10,206 bases of DNA from Candidatus Krumholzibacteriota bacterium (GCA_039714075.1 JBDLKA010000119.1:1-10206), one strand, 5' to 3'. Shown: positions 1 to 7,211, numbered from the stretch's first letter. The notes: generated from the sequence alone by a model not told the origin. Translations and numbers: made by a program.

Positions 1-375
1 CAGGACATCCCGCGGCCCGCCCATGGCCTGGACCTGGCGCGCGAAAATGTGGTCGAAACCGTAGTCGTTTCCCACCGCGGTCAGGGTCGAAGTGTTGGTT
101 GTCAGGGCCAGGGCCGGATAGCCGGGCCGTTCGGCCAGGAATCGGCCCACGAGTTCGGCGACGATGTGCTGGCTGTCCGCGGCGCTGCCGCCGTTGCCGC
201 ACACCAGCAGTTTGCCGCCCTGCTGCCAGGCGGAGTGCACGTCAGCGGCCAGGGCGGTGACCGCCTCGAGGTGGGTACTGTCCAGGCGGCCGAGCGCGGC
301 CACCAGATCATCCACCGCCTGCCGGAACAGGACAGCGGCGTCCTGGTTGGAAGAAGAATCCCGGGAGGAAGACAT
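1..375 (-). CDS. gmhA: D-sedoheptulose-7-phosphate isomerase (SIS domain), 3' end beyond the window edge
   Basis: Not in the ORF track because it is truncated. Manual translation from ATG at 375: [33 protein letters not shown]...[73 protein letters not shown]. [12 protein letters not shown] and TAxxNDYGF are GmhA/DiaA hallmarks. GAAAGGA lies upstream. Confidence 0.9.
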   Translation of the reverse strand, partial: MSSSRDSSSNQDAAVLFRQAVDDLVAALGRLDSTHLEAVTALAADVHSAWQQGGKLLVCGNGGSAADSQHIVAELVGRFLAERPGYPALALTTNTSTLTAVGNDYGFDHIFARQVQAMGGPRDVL

Positions 376-414
376 GGGCTGTCGGGTCCTTTCAGCCTGG
401 CCAAAACATGCAGG

Positions 415-1275
415 TCAGGGAAAAACAGCCTGACCCGAATCCAGAAAACGCAGATAAGCGGCCACGGCGGTTTCCCACGGCGGCCGGTCGGGGCAGCCGA
501 TTTTCTCCAAATGACTGCTGTGAAGGATCGAACACTCCGGTCGCGCGGCGGCGCGGGGGTATTCGCTGCTCGGGCACGGCTTGATCCGCTCCGGATCGGT
601 CCCGCACACCCGCGCGATTTCCCGGGCCAGCCCGAACCAGGTGGTCTGGCCCGCATTCGTTCCGTGGAAGATACCACGGAAGCGCCCGGAAACAAGGAAA
701 CCGATTATATCCGCCAGATCTTCGGCCGAAGTCGGACTGCCGCGCTGGTCATCCACCACGCGCAAGGTGTCCTGCGCGGCCAGAAGCCCCTTGATCGTCT
801 TGACGAAGTTGGTCCGGCCGTCGCCGAACAGCCAACTGGTCCGGACGATCTGCCAGGGCGCGGTCATGGCCGCGACATGTTCCTCGGCCCGGGCCTTGGT
901 CAGTCCATAGTGGTTGATCGGATTGCGCCGGTCTTCTTCGGCGAAGCCGTCGCCTTTGCCGTCGAAAACGTAGTCGGTGCTGATAAAACAAAGACCGGCA
1001 CCGCTGGTGTCGCACTCGCCGGCCAGGTTTGCGGTGGCCCCGGCATTGGCGGCCATGGCCTCGTCACGGGATGTTTCCGCACCGTCGACATCCGTCCAGG
1101 CGGCGCAATGCACCACCCACTGCGGCTCTGTTCGCGAAAAGATATCCCGGACAGCCACGGGATCGGTCAGGTCGCCGTCGGCCAGATCCACCCCCACCAG
1201 GACGTGATCTCCGCCCAGACGACGCATCACGGTACGTCCCAACATACCTTCATAACCGGTGACCAGAATTTTCAT
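415..1275 (-). CDS. rfbD: dTDP-4-dehydrorhamnose reductase (RmlD/RfbD, extended SDR family)
   Basis: MKILVTGYEGMLG nucleotide-binding start, HCAAWTDVDGAE, ISTDYVFDG, PINHYGLTK (YxxxK), VDDQRGSPT, YPRAAARP; 286 aa is typical. Confidence 0.93.
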   Translation of the reverse strand: MKILVTGYEGMLGRTVMRRLGGDHVLVGVDLADGDLTDPVAVRDIFSRTEPQWVVHCAAWTDVDGAETSRDEAMAANAGATANLAGECDTSGAGLCFISTDYVFDGKGDGFAEEDRRNPINHYGLTKARAEEHVAAMTAPWQIVRTSWLFGDGRTNFVKTIKGLLAAQDTLRVVDDQRGSPTSAEDLADIIGFLVSGRFRGIFHGTNAGQTTWFGLAREIARVCGTDPERIKPCPSSEYPRAAARPECSILHSSHLEKIGCPDRPPWETAVAAYLRFLDSGQAVFP

Positions 1276-1306
1276 GGAAATATGCGACCCGCCTTTGGAA
1301 CATCCC

Positions 1307-2020
1307 TCAGTCGTGACAATCCCGGGGTTTCATCTCCCGCGCGGCCCGGTTTGCCGTTCCGGCGTCAAAGCCGCGGCTTTGCAGAAACCGCACCACCTTG
1401 GCCAATGATTTCAATTCGCCGGGGTCCTTGATCCGCTTCCAGCGGGAGGCGGCGGCCCGGGCAGCCAGTTCGGCTTCAGTGTCCGTGTCCAGGACTTCAC
1501 CCACCACCGCGACCGCCACCGCCGAGGGCACCCTTTTCCCCCGCAGTTTGTCTATCAGATAACGGCGGCCCACCGGCCGGCCGGCCAAACAATCCCGGCA
1601 ATAGGCTTCGGCGTACCTTCGGTCCGAATATAGACCGTGCGCGGCCATTTGTTCCAGGACTGCATCGATCGCCGCCACACTGTAACCTTTTTCCAGGGCC
1701 TTGTCCCGGATTCCGGCCACCGGATGCAAACGCCGGTCCAGCAGGCGGAAGATCATCCGGGCGACTTTTTTTCGTTCGGCGGCCAACCGGATTTCCGCCA
1801 GCAGTTCCCCGGAGACCATCTCACCGATTTCCGGCAAACCCGCCGGAACGGATTCGGCCGCCAGTTCCAGGTCGCTGCCGTCATCCAGGATCAGGTTCAC
1901 GGAATTGTCCTGGTGGCGAACGTCAAGAAGCCGGGCCTCCTGTGCAGGAAGGCCCGGCTGTTCATTTTGATCATCCTGCCGGCGCGACCTGAAGCCACGC
2001 CGGGGGAACCGGCTCCTCAT
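1307..2020 (-). CDS. recX: RecX family regulator of RecA, long form with N-terminal extension
   Basis: Lies 35 bp downstream of recA with a GAGG RBS. RecX-like motifs: LLDRRLH..., GLYSDRRYAEAY, GRRYLIDKLRGKRV, KVVRFLQSRGF. Confidence 0.85.
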   Translation of the reverse strand: MRSRFPRRGFRSRRQDDQNEQPGLPAQEARLLDVRHQDNSVNLILDDGSDLELAAESVPAGLPEIGEMVSGELLAEIRLAAERKKVARMIFRLLDRRLHPVAGIRDKALEKGYSVAAIDAVLEQMAAHGLYSDRRYAEAYCRDCLAGRPVGRRYLIDKLRGKRVPSAVAVAVVGEVLDTDTEAELAARAAASRWKRIKDPGELKSLAKVVRFLQSRGFDAGTANRAAREMKPRDCHD

Positions 2021-2055
2021 ATCCGGACCTCGAATTCCTGACCAATTGTTGAACT

Positions 2056-3282
2056 TCAGGGTCCGCCGGTTCCCGCCTTGGCGGACGCGGCTTTTTTGCC
2101 GTCCACGGTGCCGTTCAAGGTGGCGGCCGCGGGCTTTTCGGCGGCCGGCTTCCCGGCGGAATCTCCGGTGGAATCCGCTTGGGGCTCTTCCTCTACTTCA
2201 CCGATCCCGTAGTGCTTGAAAACAAGATCCTTGATGGTCTCGTACAGGTCCTTGTTCTCCTTCAGGAAGATGCGCACGTTTTCCCGGCCCTGACCGAGGC
2301 GCTCCTCGCCGAAGCTGTACCAGGCGCCCGATTTCTGGATGACGTCGGCGGCCACGCCGAGATCGATCAGGTCGCCTTCCTTGCTGATGCCCTCGCCGTA
2401 CAGGATATCGAACTCGGCCTTCTTGAACGGCGGGGCCACCTTGTTCTTGACCACCTTGACGCGCACCTGGTTGCCGACCACGTCCTCGCCCTGGGTGATG
2501 GCGCCGATGCGCCGGATGTCCAGCCGCACCGAACTGTAGAACTTCAGGGCGTTGCCGCCGGTGGTGGTTTCGGGGTTGCCGAACATCACGCCGATCTTCA
2601 TGCGGATCTGGTTGGTGAACAGGACCATGGTGTTGGTCTTGGCGATGGTGCCGGTCAGCTTGCGCAGGGCCTGGGACATGAGCCGGGCCTGCAGGCCCAC
2701 GTGATGGTCGCCCATCTCGCCCTCGATCTCGGCCCGGGGCACGAGGGCCGCCACCGAGTCCACCACCAGGATGTCCACCGCGCCGGAACGCACCAGCATC
2801 TCGGTGATTTCCAACGCCTGTTCCCCGGTGTCCGGCTGGCTGACCAGCAGGTTGTCGATGTCGACGCCCAGCTTGCGGGCATAGATGGGATCCATGGCGT
2901 GCTCGGCGTCGATGAAGGCCGCGGTCCCGCCGTTCTTCTGGCAGTTGGCGATGACCGACAGGGCCACGGTGGTCTTGCCGCTGCCCTCGGGACCGTAGAT
3001 CTCGACGACCCGCCCCTTGGGCAACCCGCCGATTCCCAGCGCGATGTCCAGGGCCAGGCTTCCGGTGGAGATGGCGTCGAAGTTGTCGTAGATCTGGGAA
3101 TCACCCAGCAACATGATCGAGCCCTTGCCGAACTGCTTTTCGATCTGGGCGCGGGTCAGTTCGAGGGCCTTTTCCCGGTCGTCGCCGCCACCGGATTTTC
3201 CCTGGGATTTCCCTGCGGTCTTGGTCTGAGTCTTGGTCTGAGTCTTGGCCTGCGCCTTGTTCTGCATCTTGTTCTGAGCCAT
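2056..3282 (-). CDS. recA: Recombinase RecA with low-complexity N- and C-terminal extensions
   Basis: [45 protein letters not shown] (Walker A), [52 protein letters not shown]. Confidence 0.99.
   Translation of the reverse strand: MAQNKMQNKAQAKTQTKTQTKTAGKSQGKSGGGDDREKALELTRAQIEKQFGKGSIMLLGDSQIYDNFDAISTGSLALDIALGIGGLPKGRVVEIYGPEGSGKTTVALSVIANCQKNGGTAAFIDAEHAMDPIYARKLGVDIDNLLVSQPDTGEQALEITEMLVRSGAVDILVVDSVAALVPRAEIEGEMGDHHVGLQARLMSQALRKLTGTIAKTNTMVLFTNQIRMKIGVMFGNPETTTGGNALKFYSSVRLDIRRIGAITQGEDVVGNQVRVKVVKNKVAPPFKKAEFDILYGEGISKEGDLIDLGVAADVIQKSGAWYSFGEERLGQGRENVRIFLKENKDLYETIKDLVFKHYGIGEVEEEPQADSTGDSAGKPAAEKPAAATLNGTVDGKKAASAKAGTGGP
3193..3277 (-). repeat. Degenerate 12-bp tandem repeat in the 5' end of recA
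   Basis: + strand units at 3218-3277: gtcttggtctga, gtcttggtctga, gtcttggcctgc, gccttgttctgc, atcttgttctga. At 3193-3216: ggattttccctg, ggatttccctgc. Encodes [20 protein letters not shown]...GKSQ-GKSG. Confidence 0.85.
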
Positions 3283-3312
3283 TTTCTGAACCTTTCTGAA
3301 CCTTTCGGAACC
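3283..3312 (-). repeat. Three tandem 10-bp repeats directly upstream of the recA start codon, including the RBS
   Basis: + strand tttctgaacc tttctgaacc tttcggaacc; the - strand reads GGTTCCGAAA GGTTCAGAAA GGTTCAGAAA ATG. Confidence 0.9.
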
Positions 3313-3393
3313 TTCCCGTCATCTCCCGGATGGCCAGCCCGCAACCTAAATCCCGGTTCCGTCCGGACATGTCATTCATTTGATTTGATGGTC

Positions 3394-3423
3394 AAGATAG
3401 CACGGAGCGTGATCCCGGCGCAA
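3394..3423 (-). promoter_or_regulatory. Putative sigma70 promoter for recA-recX
   Basis: - strand TTGCGC (3423-3418), 18-nt spacer, TATCTT (3399-3394) with an extended -10 TG (TGCTATCTT). It lies in the thpR-recA intergenic gap and is followed by an AT-rich stretch. Confidence 0.55.
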
Positions 3424-3437
3424 CAGGTTTTTTCGCC

Positions 3438-4004
3438 TTATTTTCGCAGCGGATAAAAGGCCAATTCCCGGTACCGGGGTCCCTGGGGCCGAAGCTCGCT
3501 GGCCACCAGGCTGAATCCCTCCACGCGAACCGGGGGCAGATCCTTCAATTCCATTTCCTGCAACAACTTGGCTTCGACACTGGACAAGCGTTTCCTGATC
3601 CTGGCCAACGTCAGATGGCACCGGAAATCACGATTGTCCTGGGGCCCCTCCCGCCAGGTTTCATTGACGATTTTCCGCACCCGCAGCGCCAGTTCGCCCG
3701 CCTGACCGTCATCCTCCATATGCAGGAATAGAACCCGGGGAGATTTCAAATCCGGAAACCCCCCGATTCCGCCGGGCGAAAGGGTAAAAACCCTTTGGTC
3801 GCGGGCGGCCTCAAGAGCCGTTTCCAGGCTGCCAAGGCAGTTTTGGGGCCAATCACCCAGGAACTGCAGGGTCACGTGCCAGGCGGCGGGCCGGGTCCAG
3901 CGCAGGGCCAGGCCGCCACCGGGTCCGGAGCGCCAGTCGTCGAGCCCGGTGGTCAGGGCGGAGGTCAACTGTTCCCCGCAGGAGACGGCCAGAAACACCC
4001 TCAT
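3438..4004 (-). CDS. thpR: RNA 2',3'-cyclic phosphodiesterase (2H phosphoesterase, LigT/ThpR family)
   Basis: Starts MRVFLAV at ATG 4004, overlapping the cinA stop (ATGA). Two HxT motifs (WHVTLQFLG, CHLTLAR), plus FPDLKSPRVL and SELRPQGPRY. The ORF-track start at 4274 is an over-extension. Confidence 0.92.
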   Translation of the reverse strand: MRVFLAVSCGEQLTSALTTGLDDWRSGPGGGLALRWTRPAAWHVTLQFLGDWPQNCLGSLETALEAARDQRVFTLSPGGIGGFPDLKSPRVLFLHMEDDGQAGELALRVRKIVNETWREGPQDNRDFRCHLTLARIRKRLSSVEAKLLQEMELKDLPPVRVEGFSLVASELRPQGPRYRELAFYPLRK

Positions 4005-5299
4005 GACGGCCGGCACCAGGAATCGGACGGATCCCACGGCGACCCACCAGTGCCGGATTCCAGCACCCGCCGCAACGAATCCACCGCCGCGGCCACGGTC
4101 AGCAGGCGGTTGCGTTCGCGATCCGCGGGAAAACGATATTGGCGGGCAAAGACCGTCTCGGGCGTGGCAATGCCGATCCAGGTCGTGCCCACGGGCTTGT
4201 CCTTCGCGCCGCCCCCGGGTCCGGAAATCCCGCTGACGGCCACCGCGTAATCCGTCCCGATCCGCTGCCGGCATCCGGTCGCCATGGACTGCACCGTCTC
4301 CTGACTGACGGCCCCTTTTTCCCGCAACAGGTCCGCCGGCACTCCCAGCTGCCCGGTCTTCACCCGGTCGGCGTAGGCCAGGATGCCACCCCTGAAAAAA
4401 CCCGACGAGCCGGGCTGGTCGGTCAGGGCCGCGCCGATCATGCCGGCGGTGCAGGATTCGGCGACCGCCAGGGTCGCCTTCATGTCGATCATCCTGCTCT
4501 GCACCACCTGGGGCAGGGTTTCCATACGGCGGCTGTAGACCAAGCGGCCGAGCGCCTCATCGATCTCCTGTCCGGCGGCCGCGAGATCCGCACGACCGGA
4601 CGAATCCGACGGCGCGGCCAGGCGGACATCCACCCCCCAGTCCGTCAGCCACCAGGACCACTCCAACCGGGAATATTTCAATTTGATGTCGGAGCAGGCC
4701 CGCACCAGCGACAGTTCGGCCACTTGGGCTGTCCGCCACAAAAGATGGGGGCGCGGCCGGGGAAGAACACCCTGGTCGTCCAGCCACTTGACGGCGTCCG
4801 GCACCAGGCCCTGCATTTCCTGGGGTACGCCGGGCAGCAGCACGATCGTCCGGGCGCGCAAAGGTCCGATCAACCCCGGCGCCGACCCCACGGGGTTGGG
4901 CAGGGGCGTCATCCCCCGCGGAACCTGCGACTGGCGGACCGCGCCGGGAGAGGCCCGGATGCCCCGCTTCCGCCAGCGCTCCTGGAGCATCCGCTTCACC
5001 GCGGGGTCTTCCGTCAATTCCACACCGGCCCAGCGGGCCACCACATCCCGGGTCAGGTCATCGGGAGTGGACCCGAGCCCTCCGGTCACAAAAACCAGAT
5101 CCCCGCTTCCGGTCCGGTCCAGGGCCGCGGCGATATCCTCTTCCCGGTCGGGAACGACCTGGACCAGCGACACCTGAACCGCATGGGCTCCCAGGGCCTG
5201 CTGGATGCGGAGGCTGTTCGTGTCCGCGGTCCGGCCTTCGAGGAGTTCGTCCCCGATGGCGATGATCCTGACCGCGGGCCCAGTGGCGTCCGGGGACAT
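4001..5299 (-). CDS. cinA: CinA-like protein: N-terminal molybdopterin-binding-like (ADP-ribose pyrophosphatase) domain plus C-terminal PncC NMN deamidase
   Basis: IAIGDELLEGRTADTNS, TGGLGSTPDDLTR, LLPGVPQEM; AVAESCTAG, GAVS, SGISGPGG, KPVGT. Start placed at ATG 5299, 2 nt after the pgpA stop. Confidence 0.93.
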   Translation of the reverse strand: MSPDATGPAVRIIAIGDELLEGRTADTNSLRIQQALGAHAVQVSLVQVVPDREEDIAAALDRTGSGDLVFVTGGLGSTPDDLTRDVVARWAGVELTEDPAVKRMLQERWRKRGIRASPGAVRQSQVPRGMTPLPNPVGSAPGLIGPLRARTIVLLPGVPQEMQGLVPDAVKWLDDQGVLPRPRPHLLWRTAQVAELSLVRACSDIKLKYSRLEWSWWLTDWGVDVRLAAPSDSSGRADLAAAGQEIDEALGRLVYSRRMETLPQVVQSRMIDMKATLAVAESCTAGMIGAALTDQPGSSGFFRGGILAYADRVKTGQLGVPADLLREKGAVSQETVQSMATGCRQRIGTDYAVAVSGISGPGGGAKDKPVGTTWIGIATPETVFARQYRFPADRERNRLLTVAAAVDSLRRVLESGTGGSPWDPSDSWCRPS

Positions 5300-5301
5300 G
5301 A

Positions 5302-5778
5302 TCACCACCCCAGCCGGGCCAAAAGAATCAGGGTGCCGTGCGTGGCCAGGCAGGACAGGACGCCCGCGCCGATATCGTCGGCCATGATCCCGAGACCGCC
5401 CCCACCCCCCAGCTTTTCCAGTTTGCGCACGCCGAAAGGCTTGAAGATGTCGAAGAACCGGAACCAGAAGAACCCCGCGATCCAACCGACGGGCCCGGCG
5501 ATGCCCAGGTAGGTGACGGCCATTCCCGCCACCTCGTCGATCACGACCAGGGACGGATCTTCACCGTGGATCTTTTCCAGACGGCCGGCGACCGGAATGC
5601 CGACCGCCGTGACGATGACCAGGACCAGAAGGGTCACCCACAGGGGAATGGGGCCGAACAGGTTCCAGGCCAGCCACCACAGGACCATGAACAGGAAACT
5701 GCCAGCGGTGGCCGGGGCGATCGGGGCGTAACCGGATCCGAAAAAGGTTCCAATGGTGTACAGGAGCGGGCGGGGCAT
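5302..5778 (-). CDS. pgpA: Phosphatidylglycerophosphatase A
   Basis: GSGYAPIAPATAGS, DPSLVVIDEVAGM, FRFFDIFKPF, GIMADDIGAG and hydrophobic helices. ATG 5778 is preceded by a GAAAGGA RBS, so it is preferred over the ORF-track start at 5811. Confidence 0.93.
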   Translation of the reverse strand: MPRPLLYTIGTFFGSGYAPIAPATAGSFLFMVLWWLAWNLFGPIPLWVTLLVLVIVTAVGIPVAGRLEKIHGEDPSLVVIDEVAGMAVTYLGIAGPVGWIAGFFWFRFFDIFKPFGVRKLEKLGGGGGLGIMADDIGAGVLSCLATHGTLILLARLGW

Positions 5779-5829
5779 GGAATTCCTTTCGGGAATGATT
5801 ATCTGAAACACAAACGTTGATGAGGGAAA

Positions 5830-5858
5830 AACCTAACTTGCGGGGCGATGGACGGCAA
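5830..5858 (-). promoter_or_regulatory. Putative sigma70 promoter for the pgpA-cinA-thpR-recA block
   Basis: - strand TTGCCG (5858-5853), 17-nt spacer, TAGGTT (5835-5830), about 50 nt upstream of the pgpA ATG. Confidence 0.55.
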
Positions 5859-5888
5859 CAGAAAGGGCGCGACTTTCGTCGCGCCCTT
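5855..5888 (-). terminator. Rho-independent terminator after mglA
   Basis: - strand AAGGGCGCGAC-GAAA-GTCGCGCCCTT: a perfect 11-bp stem (5863-5888) with a GNRA loop, continuing into TCTGTTG, 36 nt past the mglA stop. Confidence 0.85.
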
Positions 5889-5924
5889 CGTCTGTCGCTG
5901 AAAATCGGCTGCTCGCCGCCGGGG

Positions 5925-6509
5925 TCAGGCGGTCTGCAGCTGGCGCAGCACCTGTTTGGCCACGCACTTCAGGGTGTCGAAAACGCCTTCGCCGTTGACG
6001 GCCACGGCCGCGAAGTTCTCGTAACCCTCGGGATTGAGTTCCTGGTTGAGTTCCTCGACGGGAATGGCGTCGGGCACGTCCCGCTTGTTCCACTGCATCA
6101 CGAAGGGGATCTCGTCCAGGCTCAGGTTGTATTCCTTGAGATTCTCGTGCAGGTTGTACAGGGCCTCGATGTTGGCGTCGAAGCGCGCCTCGCTGCTGTC
6201 GGCCACGAAGACGATGCCGTCGACGCCGCGCAGGATCAGCTTGCGGCTGGCATTGTAGTACACCTGGCCGGGAACCGTGTACAGGTGGAAGCGGGTCTTG
6301 AACCCCTTCACCTCGCCCAGTTCCAGCGGCAGGAAGTCGAAAAACAGGGTTCGATCCATCTCGGTCGCCAACGTCACCAGCTTGCCCTTGGTCTCGGGCG
6401 CCAGCTTTTCGTAGACGTACTGGATGTTCGTTGTTTTCCCGCCGAGACCCGGGCCGTAGTAAACGACCTTGCAGTTGATCTCCCGGGACGAGTAGTTAAT
6501 CAGCGACAC
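5925..6509 (-). CDS. mglA: MglA Ras-like small GTPase (polarity/motility regulator)
   Basis: GTG start at 6509 with an AGGGG RBS: (M)[37 protein letters not shown] (intrinsic Arg finger), [14 protein letters not shown]. Closely resembles myxobacterial MglA; 194 aa. Confidence 0.96.
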   Translation of the reverse strand: MSLINYSSREINCKVVYYGPGLGGKTTNIQYVYEKLAPETKGKLVTLATEMDRTLFFDFLPLELGEVKGFKTRFHLYTVPGQVYYNASRKLILRGVDGIVFVADSSEARFDANIEALYNLHENLKEYNLSLDEIPFVMQWNKRDVPDAIPVEELNQELNPEGYENFAAVAVNGEGVFDTLKCVAKQVLRQLQTA

Positions 6510-6556
6510 GGTTCTACCCCTTTTGAACTGGCGATTGCGGGGACGGTCCCCCAACC

Positions 6557-7054
6557 TCAGTCAGCGAACAGACTGTCTATCTCTGCTTCCACTTGCTTCG
6601 TGAACGATTCATCGATGGCATCGTACTCCTCGTTGCGGTACTCCAGCTTCTCGTAGAGGGTCTCGATGATGCCGTCGAGTTCCTCCATCGCCCTTTTGAC
6701 GCGCAGCCTGACCAGCCCCAGGGTGGTGCTCTTGTTGAACAGGACCACCAGGACGACGCCCTTGGCGATCTTGCCGAGGTACATGCTGTCCTGGGCCCCC
6801 TGGTGGAACAGGGTGCTGAAATCCTTTTCACCGATCAATTTGGCAAGCTGGTAGTTGGCCTCGAAATCGGCCGCGCACAGGGAGGCGAAACTTGTCAGAT
6901 CGAATTCGACGTCGGGGCCGCACTGGCTGATCAACTGACCGGTCCGGTCGATCAACATGACAAAACCCGAACGACTGCTCTTGAGCAGGTCTTCCAGGAC
7001 ATTGTTGATGGCCCAGTAGTCTTCTTCGAAGATGGCCCATTCGGCTCTGACCAT
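6557..7054 (-). CDS. mglB: MglB roadblock/LC7-domain GTPase-activating protein
   Basis: Directly upstream of mglA with an AGGAG RBS. Motifs [54 protein letters not shown], and an acidic C-terminal helix ending IDSLFAD. Confidence 0.93.
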   Translation of the reverse strand: MVRAEWAIFEEDYWAINNVLEDLLKSSRSGFVMLIDRTGQLISQCGPDVEFDLTSFASLCAADFEANYQLAKLIGEKDFSTLFHQGAQDSMYLGKIAKGVVLVVLFNKSTTLGLVRLRVKRAMEELDGIIETLYEKLEYRNEEYDAIDESFTKQVEAEIDSLFAD

Positions 7055-7120
7055 GAAACGATCTCCTGCCGGCCAAGCCGGCGTTGGACGCTGTGCAAAC
7101 GAAGTACTATCTCCACCAAG

Positions 7121-7147
7121 GTATCGTCACCGGGGGAAGCCACTTAA
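7121..7147 (-). promoter_or_regulatory. Candidate sigma28 (FliA/WhiG-type) promoter for mglBA
   Basis: - strand TTAAGTGG-N11-GACGATAC versus the consensus TAAAGTTT-N11-GCCGATAA. Spacing is exact, and it lies 66 nt upstream of the mglB ATG. Confidence 0.45.
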
Positions 7148-7211
7148 CCGAGAATTTCAACAAATTGCCGGGATTCGGCCACTGCCGGGCAGATTGGGGC
7201 CTGAAACGGGC

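Noticed and set aside
49..1431. 460-aa + strand ORF (likewise 2179-3456, 4139-5512, 5817-6656, 8753-10018)
   Set aside because: These are mirror frames of well-supported minus-strand genes with no independent protein signatures.
3193..3312. Repeats near the recA start as a CRISPR-like array
   Set aside because: Units are 10-12 bp, contiguous and lack spacers, and there are no cas genes. The same applies to the dnaX repeats.
3283..3437. Canonical LexA boxes upstream of recA (CTGT-N8-ACAG, GAAC-N4-GTTC, GTTC-N7-GTTC)
   Set aside because: None found with correct spacing on either strand.
4005..4274. ORF-track N-terminal extensions of thpR (also cinA 5300-5485, pgpA 5779-5811, mglA 6510-6554)
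   Set aside because: They overlap upstream genes or lack an RBS. The downstream starts match family N-termini and have an RBS or stop-start coupling.
5399..5410. G-rich tract in pgpA (Gly run) as a phase-variation site
   Set aside because: The runs are at most 6 nt and interrupted, and they encode the Gly-rich stretch before the conserved GIMADD motif.
7165..7181. Sigma54-like GG-N10-GC (TGGCCGAATCCCGGCAA, - strand) upstream of mglB
   Set aside because: It lacks the TTGC -12 element, and GG-N10-GC alone is frequent in GC-rich DNA.
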